A stretch of 63,972 nucleotides of DNA, the filler included, from Lama guanicoe (lineage: Eukaryota), in NCBI GenBank assembly GCA_013239625.1. It is 79 parts of 77 records of this genome, joined end to end, with 100 filler letters (N's around TTAATTAATTAA, not from the genome) between each part and the next. Parts side by side here need not be neighbours in the genome. Positions count along the whole stretch, not along the records: positions 36,446 to 38,546 come from MU056854.1; positions 38,647 to 39,081 come from PNXV01023163.1; positions 39,182 to 39,645 come from MU056856.1; positions 39,746 to 40,634 come from PNXV01023173.1; positions 40,735 to 41,321 come from MU056859.1; positions 41,422 to 42,175 come from PNXV01023178.1; positions 42,276 to 42,931 come from MU056861.1; positions 43,032 to 43,477 come from PNXV01023183.1; 71 more parts are not named here. The stretch is one strand, 5' to 3'. Position 1 is the first letter of the stretch. Each line of letters starts with the position of its first letter. A program made the position numbers and the translations under genes. This document shows positions 36,644 to 48,560 of the stretch, in pieces. The notes under the pieces are model-generated. The model did not search any database and was not told the origin of the DNA. It was given only the letters and a program-made list of their open reading frames with translations.

Positions 36644-38646
36644 NNNNNNNNNNNNNNNNNNNNNNNNNNNNNNNNNNNNNNNNNNNNNNNNNNNNNNNNN
36701 NNNNNNNNNNNNNTTGTTTACTGGTTGCAGTATTCTCATTCACATTGTACTTTGTTCGTTCACAGACTGATTATGGATTATCTGCAACCTTGGAAAGCAA
36801 CCGAGATGTAATTACTGCAGGTACCTTCTACTTTAATAAGCAGTGTGCAAACATATACATGGAGGAAGCATACACTGGGATTTGGTGGTGTAGGGAAGGG
36901 TTTCTGCACATTACAGGAGAACTCAGTGCAGAATTCCTTAAGTCGACCATTCTTTACTGTAGTGGTTTCTGAGAACTGTTTATGGTAATTAACCAACACT
37001 GACAAACNNNNNNNNNNNNNNNNNNNNNNNNNNNNNNNNNNNNNNNNNNNNNNNNNNNNNNNNNNNNNNNNNNNNNNNNNNNNNNNNNNNNNNNNNNNNN
37101 NNNNNNNNNNNNNNNNNNNNNNNNNNNNNNNNNNNNNNNNNNNNNNNNNNNNNNNNNNNNNNNNNNNNNNNNNNNNNNNNNNNNNNNNNNNNNNNNNNNN
37201 NNNNNNNNNNNNNNNNNNNNNNNNNNNNNNNNNNNNNNNNNNNNNNNNNNNNNNNNNNNNNNNNNNNNNNNNNNNNNNNNNNNNNNNNNNNNNNNNNNNN
37301 NNNNNNNNNNNNNNNNNNNNNNNNNNNNNNNNNNNNNNNNNNNNNNNNNNNNNNNNNNNNNNNNNNNNNNNNNNNNNNNNNNNNNNNNNNNNNNNNNNNN
37401 NNNNNNNNNNNNNNNNNNNNNNNNNNNNNNNNNNNNNNNNNNNNNNNNNNNNNNNNNNNNNNNNNNNNNNNNNNNNNNNNNNNNNNNNNNNNNNNNNNNN
37501 NNNNNNNNNNNNNNNNNNNNNNNNNNNNNNNNNNNNNNNNNNNNNNNNNNNNNNNNNNNNNNNNNNNNNNNNNNNNNNNNNNNNNNNNNNNNNNNNNNNN
37601 NNNNNNNNNNNNNNNNNNNNNNNNNNNNNNNNNNNNNNNNNNNNNNNNNNNNNNNNNNNNNNNNNNNNNNNNNNNNNNNNNNNNNNNNNNNNNNNNNNNN
37701 NNNNNNNNNNNNNNNNNNNNNNNNNNNNNNNNNNNNNNNNNNNNNNNNNNNNNNNNNNNNNNNNNNNNNNNNNNNNNNNNNNNNNNNNNNNTCGGGGCTG
37801 CTCTGGGGGCGTTCATCTCAGCTTAACAAACTCTGCTGATGCACCAAGGCAGGAAGGCAGGGCGCGTGTGGCCAGGTAGACAGGGCCTCGTTGATCTTAC
37901 TCATTCCCCATTAAGCGGCAGCTCTCACGGGCACTTACATAGTAAACAGGTGTCGGCCATAATCATCACGCAGTTTACTTGGTAGTTTTATTGGCCTCAC
38001 ATTTGAGATGAGGTCATAGAAGCTGGGGAGTTTGCTGCATGCCAGTGATTACCTTGGAAATACCCCCACTTGTCTTTCAACCTAGACTGGTGTGGCTGTC
38101 ATGCCCCAGTCCTGTGAATGGCATTGTGTAGCTTCTCCCAAGTGGCCCAAATGACTGACATTGATATGCTTAATTCGTAGGAAATGNNNNNNNNNNNNNN
38201 NNNNNNNNNNNNNNNNNNNNNNNNNNNNNNNNNNNNNNNNNNNNNNNNNNNNNNNNNNNNNNNNNNNNNNNNNNNNNNNNNNNNNNNNNNNNNNNNNNNN
38301 NNNNNNNNNNNNNNNNNNNNNNNNNNNNNNNNNNNNNNNNNNNNNNNNNNNNNNNNNNNNNNNNNNNNNNNNNNNNNNNNNNNNNNNNNNNNNNNNNNNN
38401 NNNNNNNNNNNNNNNNNNNNNNNNNNNNNNNNNNNNNNNNNNNNNNNNNNNNNNNNNNNNNNNNNNNNNNNNNNNNNNNNNNNNNNNNNNNNNNGCCAAA
38501 CCTGGGAGGTGTGCACATAGTGACTGTAACCTCAGCACTTTGTGAANNNNNNNNNNNNNNNNNNNNNNNNNNNNNNNNNNNNNNNNNNNNTTAATTAATT
38601 AANNNNNNNNNNNNNNNNNNNNNNNNNNNNNNNNNNNNNNNNNNNN

Positions 38647-39081
38647 TCTTAGGGGGAAGTCCGCGGAATATCTTCCCTGAACTTGGGGAGGCAGCATTTA
38701 TCACTGGGAATTCCTGAAACCCCCGCTAACTTTCCTTGGCAGAGAGGCATTAGGAAAACCGTCAGGGCTGGCGAGCATAGGCATTCCGTTTGAACGTACG
38801 CGCTGCCGACCGTTGACCGTTGTTGGAACCTCCCCACGCTCAGGATTCCGGAAAAATATTCAGTGCCTGGGGGATCTCGAGAGACATCTCCACGCAGCTC
38901 TCTTCAGTCACAGGTGTTCCCTGTTAGGGGGAAGTCCGAGAAATAGCTTCCCTGAACATGGGGGGCAGCCGCTGGCACTGGGCATTCCAGTGCAAACCCC
39001 AGCATTCCCTGGGAGCCAGACATTAACCAAATACTCAGGGAAGACTAAGTTAGGCATTACATTAGAACCCGCGCGCTGCCG
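38647..39081 (+). repeat. ~266-267 bp satellite, diverged copy
   Basis: ggaacctccccacgctcaggattccgg...gcagctctcttcagtcacaggtgttccctg. Confidence 0.92.
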
Positions 39082-39745
39082 NNNNNNNNNNNNNNNNNNN
39101 NNNNNNNNNNNNNNNNNNNNNNNNNTTAATTAATTAANNNNNNNNNNNNNNNNNNNNNNNNNNNNNNNNNNNNNNNNNNNNCCATGGGACATATCGGTAA
39201 TCTCAAACGGGCGGCCAGTGTGGTTGCTTTTTCATTGGTACACAGTTGGGTTTGCTCTCTTGATTCGACCCACCACATCCCACAACGCACTCCAGATAAC
39301 TGAGACTCAGCGTGTGCCATCATCCGTAGCCCTATCCATCACTGTCCGTTGCCTCTGCTACCTCAAATTTGGCAGCTCAGTTCTTGGTCACAGAATCAAC
39401 TGTGGGGATATTTTGCGCTGGTTTCTTTGAGTTCTGTCAGCCAAGCATCTGCTGTGCACTCTTGTAAATCTCAGCACATGACCTTCAATCCCATGTCTCC
39501 TGTCGGCTTGAGAGTGTGCGTCCAAGTTANNNNNNNNNNNNNNNNNNNNNNNNNNNNNNNNNNNNNNNNNNNNNNNNNNNNNNNNNNGGTTTCCAATCCC
39601 TGCTTTGCCTTCTCCTGCTTCCACGTGTCCTGAGGCCTCATCCTGNNNNNNNNNNNNNNNNNNNNNNNNNNNNNNNNNNNNNNNNNNNNTTAATTAATTA
39701 ANNNNNNNNNNNNNNNNNNNNNNNNNNNNNNNNNNNNNNNNNNNN

Positions 39746-40567
39746 TCAAAAATCCACAAATGACAAATGCTGGAGAGGCTGTGGAGAAAAGGGGGCCCCC
39801 CCTTCACTGCTGGTGGGAATATAGTTTGGTGCAGCCATTATGGAAGTTAGTATGGAGATTCCTCAAAAAACTGAAAATAGACTTACCCTATTAACCAGCA
39901 ATCCTACTTCTGGGCATGGATCTGGAGGGAACTCTAATTTGAAAAGACACATGCACCCAATGTTCACAGCAGCACTGTTTACAATAGCCAAGACATGGAA
40001 CAACCTAAATGTCCATCAACAGATGACCAGATAAAGAAGTTGTAGTATATTTATGCAATGAAATACTACTCTGAAATAAAAAAGAATAAAATAATGCCAT
40101 TTGCAGCAACATGGATGGACCTAGAGATCATCATTCTAAGTGAAGTAAGCCAGAAAGAGAAAAGAAAAATACTGTATGATATCAAAGAGAAAAGAAAAAT
40201 ACTGTATGATATCACTTATATGTGGAATCTAAACAAAAAAAGAGAAAAAAGGACACTACGAACTCATCTACAAAACAGAAACAGACTTGCAGACTTAGTA
40301 AACAATCTTCTGGTTACTGGGGAAAGGGGGTGGGAAGGGATAAATTTGAGGGTTTGAGATTTACAAATGCTAGCCACTGTATATGAAAATAGACTTATAA
40401 AAGTTTCTTTTGTATAGCACAGGGAACTATGTTCAATATCTTGTAATAATCCTTAATGGAAAAAAATTAAAATGAATATATGTACATATATGCATGACAG
40501 GGACATTGTTCTGTACACCAAAGATTCACATTGTAATTGATTGCACTTCAATAAAAATAAAATAAAA
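39746..40567 (+). mobile_element. LINE-1 3' portion (ORF2 C-terminus, complete 3' UTR, A-rich tail)
   Basis: [25 protein letters not shown]; 3' UTR ends cttcaataaaaataaaataaaa. Contains a 30-bp tandem duplication at 40154-40213. Confidence 0.96.
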
Positions 40568-40734
40568 TCACACCAGATTATAAAGTAGAATAAAATAGCT
40601 AGGTATAAACTTAACCAAGGACGTGAAAGACCTANNNNNNNNNNNNNNNNNNNNNNNNNNNNNNNNNNNNNNNNNNNNTTAATTAATTAANNNNNNNNNN
40701 NNNNNNNNNNNNNNNNNNNNNNNNNNNNNNNNNN

Positions 40735-41321
40735 CCAAGTATTAGCGAGTGAATCTCTGTGGGTAGTGGAGGGTTTTATACTACTTCCGCAACTTTGGAA
40801 CACCTGTGCCCCATAAAGATGCGTGGAATCTGTTTCCCCACCTCCAGCACACACACGGAGACGTGCTCAGGTATCCTGATTGTGGGGAGGCTCCTCCAAA
40901 TGACAGCAGCGCCTGGGTTCTAAAAGAATCCCTTAGCTTGTCTTCCNNNNNNNNNNNNNNNNNNNNNNNNNNNNNNNNNNNNNNNNNNNNNNNNNNNNNN
41001 NNNNNNNNNNNNNNNNNNNNNNNNNNNNNNNNNNNNNNNNNNNNGCCCCCTGAACTTTGACTGTTTCCCTACATCCAGCACACACGCGAAGAAGTGTTCT
41101 GGTATTCTGAGTGTGGGTAGGTTCCTCAAACTGACAGCAGCACCTGGGTTCTATTAATATCCCTTAGCTTCTGTTCCCTGAGTGTTCCTTTAGGCCAGGC
41201 CATATGGGAAAGCTGGGGGTTGGGCTTGGAGGCCAAGTAGAAGTGAGTGCACCCTGATCCACTGAGGAAGTTCTTAGAGGACTTCTCCCTAAACGGAACA
41301 ACTTTTCCTCCATTCATCTGG
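40735..41321 (-). repeat. Highly diverged relative of the 266-bp satellite
   Basis: Two units share tgtggg.aggttcc...cagcagc.cctgggttcta...cccttagctt, which aligns to cgtggggaggttcc...ggcagcgcgtgggttcta...gcctaagc. Confidence 0.75.
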
Positions 41322-41421
41322 NNNNNNNNNNNNNNNNNNNNNNNNNNNNNNNNNNNNNNNNNNNNTTAATTAATTAANNNNNNNNNNNNNNNNNNNNNNN
41401 NNNNNNNNNNNNNNNNNNNNN

Positions 41422-42175
41422 CGTCTCTCCACTTGCTCAGTTTTGAGAGTTAAGCGTGTGTGAAAGCCGCTCTTCACCTCGATTGTTCTGAACACAAAGT
41501 TTCTCTGCAGTTGCAGACTCCACTCCATAAATATATATGGGGAGGTACAAGCTCCAACTCGGTTTTTGCAGTGAAAACTGCAGGAAATTCCAACCGACAC
41601 TAGGAAACAGTCTGAGAATCCAGAGTAAAAGAAAAAGACTAATCAGAGTAAGTGTTTCTCCTGCAACCTGTTCCCTTTGTGCTAGATGAACGAATGTCTC
41701 TCCACATGTTCAGTTATGAGAGTTAAACGTGTGTGAATCCGTCATTTACCTAGCTTGTTGGGAACACAAAATTTCTCTTCAGTTGCAGCCTCCAATCCAT
41801 GCATATGTATGGGGAGGTACAAGCTCCAACTCGGTTTTACTGTGAAATCTGCAGGAACTTCAAACATGCACTACAAATCAGACTGATATACCAGAGTAAG
41901 TGTTTCTCTTGCAACCTGTTCCCTTTGTGCTAGATGAACGAATGTCTCTCCACATGTTCAGTTATGAGAGTTAAACGTGTGTGAATCCGTCATTTACCTA
42001 GCTTGTTGGGAACACAAAATTTCTCTTCAGTTGCAGACTTCACTCCATACATATATATGGGGAGGTACAAGAACCAACTAGCTTTTACGGTGAAAACTGC
42101 AGGAACTTCAAACATGCACTACAAATCAGACTGATATACCAGAGTAAGTGTTTCTCCTGCAACCTGTTCCCTTTG
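41422..42175. repeat. ~248-bp satellite, about 3 monomers
   Basis: cacatgttcagttatgagag at 41703 and 41951; PstI sites (ctgcag) at 41578, 41849 and 42097. Confidence 0.93.
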
Positions 42176-42374
42176 NNNNNNNNNNNNNNNNNNNNNNNNN
42201 NNNNNNNNNNNNNNNNNNNTTAATTAATTAANNNNNNNNNNNNNNNNNNNNNNNNNNNNNNNNNNNNNNNNNNNNCTAAGGCACCAGCATAGAACCATGT
42301 GATCAGTATTTTAGGAATAAATGAGGGAATTAGCTCATTCAATTCTAAAACAAAAACCATAAAATAAATACTGA

Positions 42375-42490
42375 ACTTATTTACAGATAAAGAAAATTGG
42401 AACCCAAAACAGTAAAGTTACTTCCCAAAAGTCACAAAGCTAATAACTGGTAAAGACAAGATTTGAACTCACATGCCTGATTCTAAAAAC
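42375..42490 (-). mobile_element. MIR SINE fragment
   Basis: tttacagataaagaaaattgg...ttacttcccaaaagtcacaaagctaataactgg...agatttgaactc. Confidence 0.7.
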
Positions 42491-43031
42491 TAAGGTTGAA
42501 ATCCCATTCAACTGGGGAGGGTCCAGCAGCCCAGTCTATCACCCTATTTTTATTCAGATCTAGCCTTAGACAGCCTGAGACAGCACCCCATTCCTATGGA
42601 ACTCGAGGGCAAATGATAACAATAAAGATTTTATATCCAGCAGTTTGTTAGGTCTCATTTATATATAGTGTCAGCAGGTCAGCAGAAAAACTCTGGAAAA
42701 TATGAGTGGGTCCAGAGCTTTTTGCTGATTAGTAACTCAGTCTTTCAAGACATAGTGACCTTCCCATGAGAGGCCACATGGACATAAACTAAAGGCAGCT
42801 GAGCAATGAAAACTAACAAGACCCTGGAAATCAAGCAAGAAGGATTCCTGCCATCCCCCACCCAGTTGCCTTTTCACCCGCATGGACACGAAGGCAGGAG
42901 ACCTAGGTTATTGTCCAAGTTACACCATCATNNNNNNNNNNNNNNNNNNNNNNNNNNNNNNNNNNNNNNNNNNNNTTAATTAATTAANNNNNNNNNNNNN
43001 NNNNNNNNNNNNNNNNNNNNNNNNNNNNNNN

Positions 43032-43477
43032 CACAAACACTACAGGCCAGAAGGGAGTGTCAAGATCTATTCAAAGCCCTAAGTGAAAAAAAAGATGCAG
43101 CCTAGGATACTTTATCCAGCAAGGCTATCCTTTAGGATAGAAGGAGAAATAAAGAGTTTCACAGACAAAAAAAAAAGCTGCAGGAATTTGGCAACACTTA
43201 ACCCATGCTAAAAGAAATATTGAAAGGGCTATTCTAAATAGAGAAGCAGCAGGATGCTACAGAAATGAGAAACTCACAACTGGAAAGGTGATAACTCATG
43301 AATTACAAATAAAGAAATCACGAAATTATGAAAGAAGACATACAAATCACTGAGAGTGGGAGAGGGAGGCAGGGAAATATAGAATTTTTTTCTTCCTTTT
43401 TTAAACTTTTTAAAATTTTTTTAACAGAAGGATGGGTTTGAGATCATGTTATTACCAGTTTAATAAAAACAAGTATA
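43032..43477 (+). mobile_element. LINE-1 ORF1 C-terminus (frameshifted) and inter-ORF region
   Basis: TLQARRECQDLFKAL / MQPRILYPARLSFRIEGEIKSFTDK / PMLKEILKGLF* (stop at 43235-43237). Confidence 0.93.
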
Positions 43478-43924
43478 NNNNNNNNNNNNNNNNNNNNNNN
43501 NNNNNNNNNNNNNNNNNNNNNTTAATTAATTAANNNNNNNNNNNNNNNNNNNNNNNNNNNNNNNNNNNNNNNNNNNNGCTCAGAGACGCCAGTACACTCT
43601 GTGTTCCTCAGCTACAAGCAAGGGGGACAGCCAAAATCCATGGGGTCCACAGGGGTACGTGAAGAGGATGGTCAAGCAGGGATGGCCACCCTGCCAGATC
43701 CCACCTCGGAACCACAAGACCCAAAGCAAAGCATCACAAGTCCCACCTATTTATTATTTTTAATTTCTATGAATTAAAAATACCAGTTGCTGACAGTTTT
43801 GGACAATATTGAGACCGTAGTAAATATCATTCTGTGGTCTTCTCTTAAACTTGTCAGGGTACACTGTATTTTCTTCCATTCCTTTCCATAACAGAGGTGA
43901 CTTTGACTACAACACTTAGGCCAT

Positions 43925-44393
43925 AAACTGGAGACAGTGTGGGGTGGCAAAAGCACATTGATTTCAGAGCTTTATGTAAGCTGAAACCCAGCCACTACTA
44001 GCAGTGAAGAATTATTGTCTTTGAGCCTTAAATTTCTCATCAGTTAAATTAAGATAACAATGCCTCAGGGAGTTATAAAGTCATTTTAAGAATTAAATAT
44101 ACATAATATATGGTATATATGCAAAATATATGGTATATATGCAATTTTCTACAAAATACATATATATTTTACACAATATATTTGTGTATATATGTAAATA
44201 ATAATTTACATAGATATGTAAATATATATATGCTAATAGATGTGTATATGTATGTGTGTGACTGTATACATACATTATATGTGTATGTGTGTGTATATAT
44301 ATAGAGAGAGAGAGAGTGAGAGAAAGAGAGAGTCCTAGAGAGACGAAGAAAATGAGAAAGATACTGAAGAACTTAGCCCAGGATCTGGCACAC
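43925..44393 (+). mobile_element. MIR interrupted by an (AT)/(GT)/(GA) low-complexity tract (44095-44345)
   Basis: ctttgagccttaaatttctcatc...gataacaatgcctcagggagtt...aattaaat, resuming as aagaacttagcccaggatctggcacac. Confidence 0.6.
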
Positions 44394-44493
44394 NNNNNNN
44401 NNNNNNNNNNNNNNNNNNNNNNNNNNNNNNNNNNNNNTTAATTAATTAANNNNNNNNNNNNNNNNNNNNNNNNNNNNNNNNNNNNNNNNNNNN

Positions 44494-45080
44494 GTATTCT
44501 ATATTCTAAATCCTGTGTTGTGCATTCCATGTTCTAAATTTTTGTTCTATATTCTGTATAATATATTCTGCATTCCGTATCTATCATTCCATATTCTGTT
44601 TTCTACATTCTATATTCTAAATTCGATATACAGTATTCTGTATTCTATATTCTAAATTGTGTGTTCTACATTCAATATTCTTAATTCTGGGTTCTATATT
44701 TTCTATTCTATATTCTATACTTTGGGTTCATCATTCTATATTCTATATTCTATATTCTGCATTCCTTAATCTTTTTTCTATATTCTGTGTTCTACATTCA
44801 ATATTCTAAATACTATATTCAGTATTCTGTATTCTATATTCTAAATTCTGTGTTCTGCATTCCATGTTCTAAATTCTGGGTGTTATATTCTCTATTCTAT
44901 ATTCTATTTACAGTGTTCTACATTGTATATTCTAAATTTTTATTCAGTATTCTGTTTTCTATATTCTAAATTCTGTGTTCTGCATTCCATGTCCTAAATT
45001 TTGGTTTCTGTATTCTGTAAATTTTGTGTTGTATATTCTATATCCTTTATTCTATATTCTACATTCTGTATCCTATAATC
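44494..45080 (-). repeat. 7-bp AGAATAT satellite
   Basis: ATTCT-strand heptamer array. Confidence 0.95.
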
Positions 45081-45180
45081 NNNNNNNNNNNNNNNNNNNN
45101 NNNNNNNNNNNNNNNNNNNNNNNNTTAATTAATTAANNNNNNNNNNNNNNNNNNNNNNNNNNNNNNNNNNNNNNNNNNNN

Positions 45181-45971
45181 CTAGGGCTTATCAATGTATT
45201 TGGTAAAATTTCTGAATGTAAAACTAACACACTGAAATCTTGCATTTCTACACATTAACAGCAAGCTAACAGATGGAGAAAGTGAAGGAACTGTCACATT
45301 TACAGTTGCATTACAAAAAAAATAAATCAAGAAATGTATCCAACCAAGGAGGTAAAAAACCTGTACTCAGAAAACTATAAAATATTTATAAAAGAAATTG
45401 AAGTTAATGCAAACAGATGAAAGGATATAATGTGTTCATTGATGAGGAAAAAATATTGTTTAAATGATAGTACTAGCCAACAAAATACGCAAATTAAATT
45501 CAGTGCCTATCAAAATACCATGGGCATTTTCAGACACTTAAAATAAATAATTCTAAAATTTACATGTAAACCACGAAAAGAGATGAAATCACTAAGAAAA
45601 AGGAAAGGAAAGAAAACAAACAAACTAAAAACACAAACAACTTTAACAAAGAACAAAGAGGCTGCATCTATGTCCCTGATTTTAAACTTTAATACAAAGC
45701 TACAGTATTAAAAATAATATGGTAGTGGCACAGAAAAAACAGAATAATGGCACACAACAGAATGCCTTAAAATGAAATGAGACAGTTATTGTCATTAAGC
45801 CCATTACAAAAAATGAATATACAGTTGGGAAAGGTAACCACCAGGTACGTGAAACCGATCAACATCACTAAGCTTCAGAATAATGCAAGTCCAAAATGCA
45901 ATGAGATTTTATGTCACTCCTATCATAATGACTACTATGAAAAAGATAACAAACATAATTGTTGGTTAGGA
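45181..45971 (+). mobile_element. Old LINE-1 ORF2 fragment(s) with an internal deletion
   Basis: aaccaaggaggtaaaaaacctgtactcagaaaactataaaat...aaagaaattgaag; later caacatcactaa...aatgcaagtccaaa. Confidence 0.85.
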
Positions 45972-46071
45972 NNNNNNNNNNNNNNNNNNNNNNNNNNNNN
46001 NNNNNNNNNNNNNNNTTAATTAATTAANNNNNNNNNNNNNNNNNNNNNNNNNNNNNNNNNNNNNNNNNNNN

Positions 46072-46509
46072 CTCTGGGCTCTTTCTTCAGTCTTAAGGCT
46101 TGGAAAGTACAAGGCTTACAAACCTGCAGAGCGCAGGCCAGCAATACCCATTGGTAACAATGAGCAAGCAATTTTTAAAAATAACGAGGAATGGCTGATG
46201 CCCCCCGCCGACCGGCGCTGCGTGGGGTGCCGCCCGGCCGCCTCGCCCCGCCTCTCACTCGCGGACTCGGCAGCTCCTTCCCCGCGCTTCCTTCCTCACG
46301 CCCGGCCGTCGAGTGCGCGAGGCCTGCTCCTAGCGCGGTGAGGTGCTTCAGGAAAGGTACGTACACGCTCTCATGAAAACGGGTCCGGCGAGTGGTAGAC
46401 ATGCGGCCACCGCCTCTAGAGAAGCGCGGTTTACCTTGGAGAGAAAATCGGGTGTAACAAAATGAACTGAATGTGGCCGAAGAAAAACACCTACTTGTTC
46501 CAGAATATG
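46072..46509. promoter_or_regulatory. CpG-island / promoter-like fragment
   Basis: Dense CpG from 46200 to 46430, inverted CCAAT (attgg at 46151), GC box ccccgcc at ~46246, possible donor aag|gtacgt at ~46357. Confidence 0.55.
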
Positions 46510-46679
46510 NNNNNNNNNNNNNNNNNNNNNNNNNNNNNNNNNNNNNNNNNNNNTTAATTAATTAANNNNNNNNNNNNNNNNNNNNNNNNNNNNNNNNNNN
46601 NNNNNNNNNTTTGTGGGAAAGGGTGAGTATCGAGCATCCTTCTACTCCACCATCTTGGTCACCACCCCCAGAATGTCTC

Positions 46680-47296
46680 ACTTTATGGTGGAAGATAAAC
46701 ACAGCCTTGAAATAGATGGAAGAGGTATTTCATGGAAACGATAAGATAGTGCAAATTGCAATGCTCCACTCATACAAAATATGTTGCAAATTAAGGGCCA
46801 CAATGAAAGATATATATGAGACTATATAATGAAAAAGAGTTCAATATAAAAATAGAGTATTACACTCATTAATTTATATATAGACCCAACACCATAGATA
46901 ATAAGAATATAAAGAAATATTAGTAGACATGAAGGAATCATTTTATTATAAAACAATAATAGTAGATGAATTTAATGCCTCACTATTCTGATAGACAGAT
47001 CATCCAGAAAGAATATCTGTAAGGAAATAGAGGTCTCAATATTATATTTGATCAACCTAACTGGGGGACACTGCATCAGAAAAGCAGAACACATAAACTT
47101 TTCAAGTGTGCACAGGATGTTATCTAAGGAATTAACCACAAATTATGTCATGAAAAGTGCCTCAGGAACTTTAAGCAAATATATATTACAGCAAGTATTT
47201 TTCCATACACATAATCATGAATTAATGCATCAATTCTAGAAAGAAGAAAAGGAAATGCACAAACATGTGATTAAACCACATGCTTTAAAATAATAA
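46680..47296 (+). mobile_element. Old LINE-1 ORF2 endonuclease-region fragment
   Basis: atagatggaagaggtatttcatggaa...acaataatagtagatgaatttaatgcctcact...atagacagatcatccaga (decayed IIVGDFNTPL..DRSS motif). Confidence 0.8.
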
Positions 47297-47599
47297 NNNN
47301 NNNNNNNNNNNNNNNNNNNNNNNNNNNNNNNNNNNNNNNNTTAATTAATTAANNNNNNNNNNNNNNNNNNNNNNNNNNNNNNNNNNNNNNNNNNNNTGCC
47401 CTCCCTGAGCTGACAATTTTATAGCAAAGACCTTCAGCAGGTGAAAAAATTGGAGTTTCTTCTAAGAAGAGTGAGTTTGAAAAGAGTCCCAAAAGCGCGG
47501 GAGTGGCACAATCACATTTGTCTCAAGTAGGGGAGAGTGGCTGTGGGGCCATTTGGGAGACTCGTGAGTCCAGGTGCGCAGTGTTGGTGGCTTCCACTA

Positions 47600-47870
47600 G
47601 AGCGGTGGGACGGTCACTGGGTAAAAGCGAACAGATTGAAGGCACGTCTAGATGGTAAAAAGTAAAGGATGAATGCTGTCTGTGAATGTAGGATGTAGGA
47701 TGGAGTAAGGCCCAGGTTTCTGTGTGAATTAATGAGGTAAATGATGCTCCTGCGGTACTCTGAGGAGGAAAGCTGCAGAGGGAGTTCTGGGGGAAAACTG
47801 ATGAGTTCATCTCTGGGTAAATTTAAAGGCTGTTAAATGTGTGGTCTGGGAGCTCAGGTGAGAGCCAGTA
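47600..47870 (-). mobile_element. L2 LINE fragment
   Basis: ggagtaaggcccaggtttctg...ggggaaaactgatgagttcatctctggg...ggtctgggagctcagg. Confidence 0.55.
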
Positions 47871-48161
47871 GTGAGTAGGGGGAGTGGAGAGGGACTTTCA
47901 AATAATTTTGTCTTGTGAACATACAAATAAATATGAGTAATGACTCACTTAACACCTCTATATTCTGGATTTAAAGCCCAGTAACATTTTGCAATTCAGA
48001 TTGCAGGGGTTATTAATTTTTTTAATAGAAATAAATAGAAACAAAATATTGGAGTTAAGGANNNNNNNNNNNNNNNNNNNNNNNNNNNNNNNNNNNNNNN
48101 NNNNNTTAATTAATTAANNNNNNNNNNNNNNNNNNNNNNNNNNNNNNNNNNNNNNNNNNNN

Positions 48162-48560
48162 TTCCTGAATTCACCACAGCCCAGTGGGTCTCACAGCCAT
48201 GTGTCCTGAGCGTATTCCAAGTCAGATGCTTTGGGGGTTTCTCTCTCAGTTGTCAGTCTTCAGAGTTTGAGTCCCCAGTGTGGGGGTGCAAACCATTCAC
48301 ACCTCAGCTAGAAGTTCCATGTTCTGAGTTCTCTCCTGAGTGTGCCTGTGCACACCAGGGGTAGGGTTTCGGTTAAACTGTGCCTCAGCCTTTCCCACCT
48401 GCTTTGATATGGTTTCCCTCTGGTTTGCCTGATGTGAAGGGGTTGCTCCACCATTTCTCAAGCTTTTCCAGAGGAAATTGTTCCACGTGTAGATGTAGAT
48501 TTGGTGTGTTTGTGGGAGGAGGTGAATTCAGGATGGTTCCATGGTGCCACCTTGAATTCA
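48162..48560 (-). mobile_element. LINE-1 5' UTR region, antisense
   Basis: agaggaaattgttccacgtgtagatgtagatttggtgtgtttgtgggaggaggtgaattcagg...gccaccttgaa resembles L1 5' ends. Confidence 0.65.

Noticed and set aside
36989..37816. Long ORFs in the track that span N gaps (also at 14.4, 22.7, 29, 34, 49 and 55 kb)
   Set aside because: Their length comes from runs of X; they are artefacts of the gaps.
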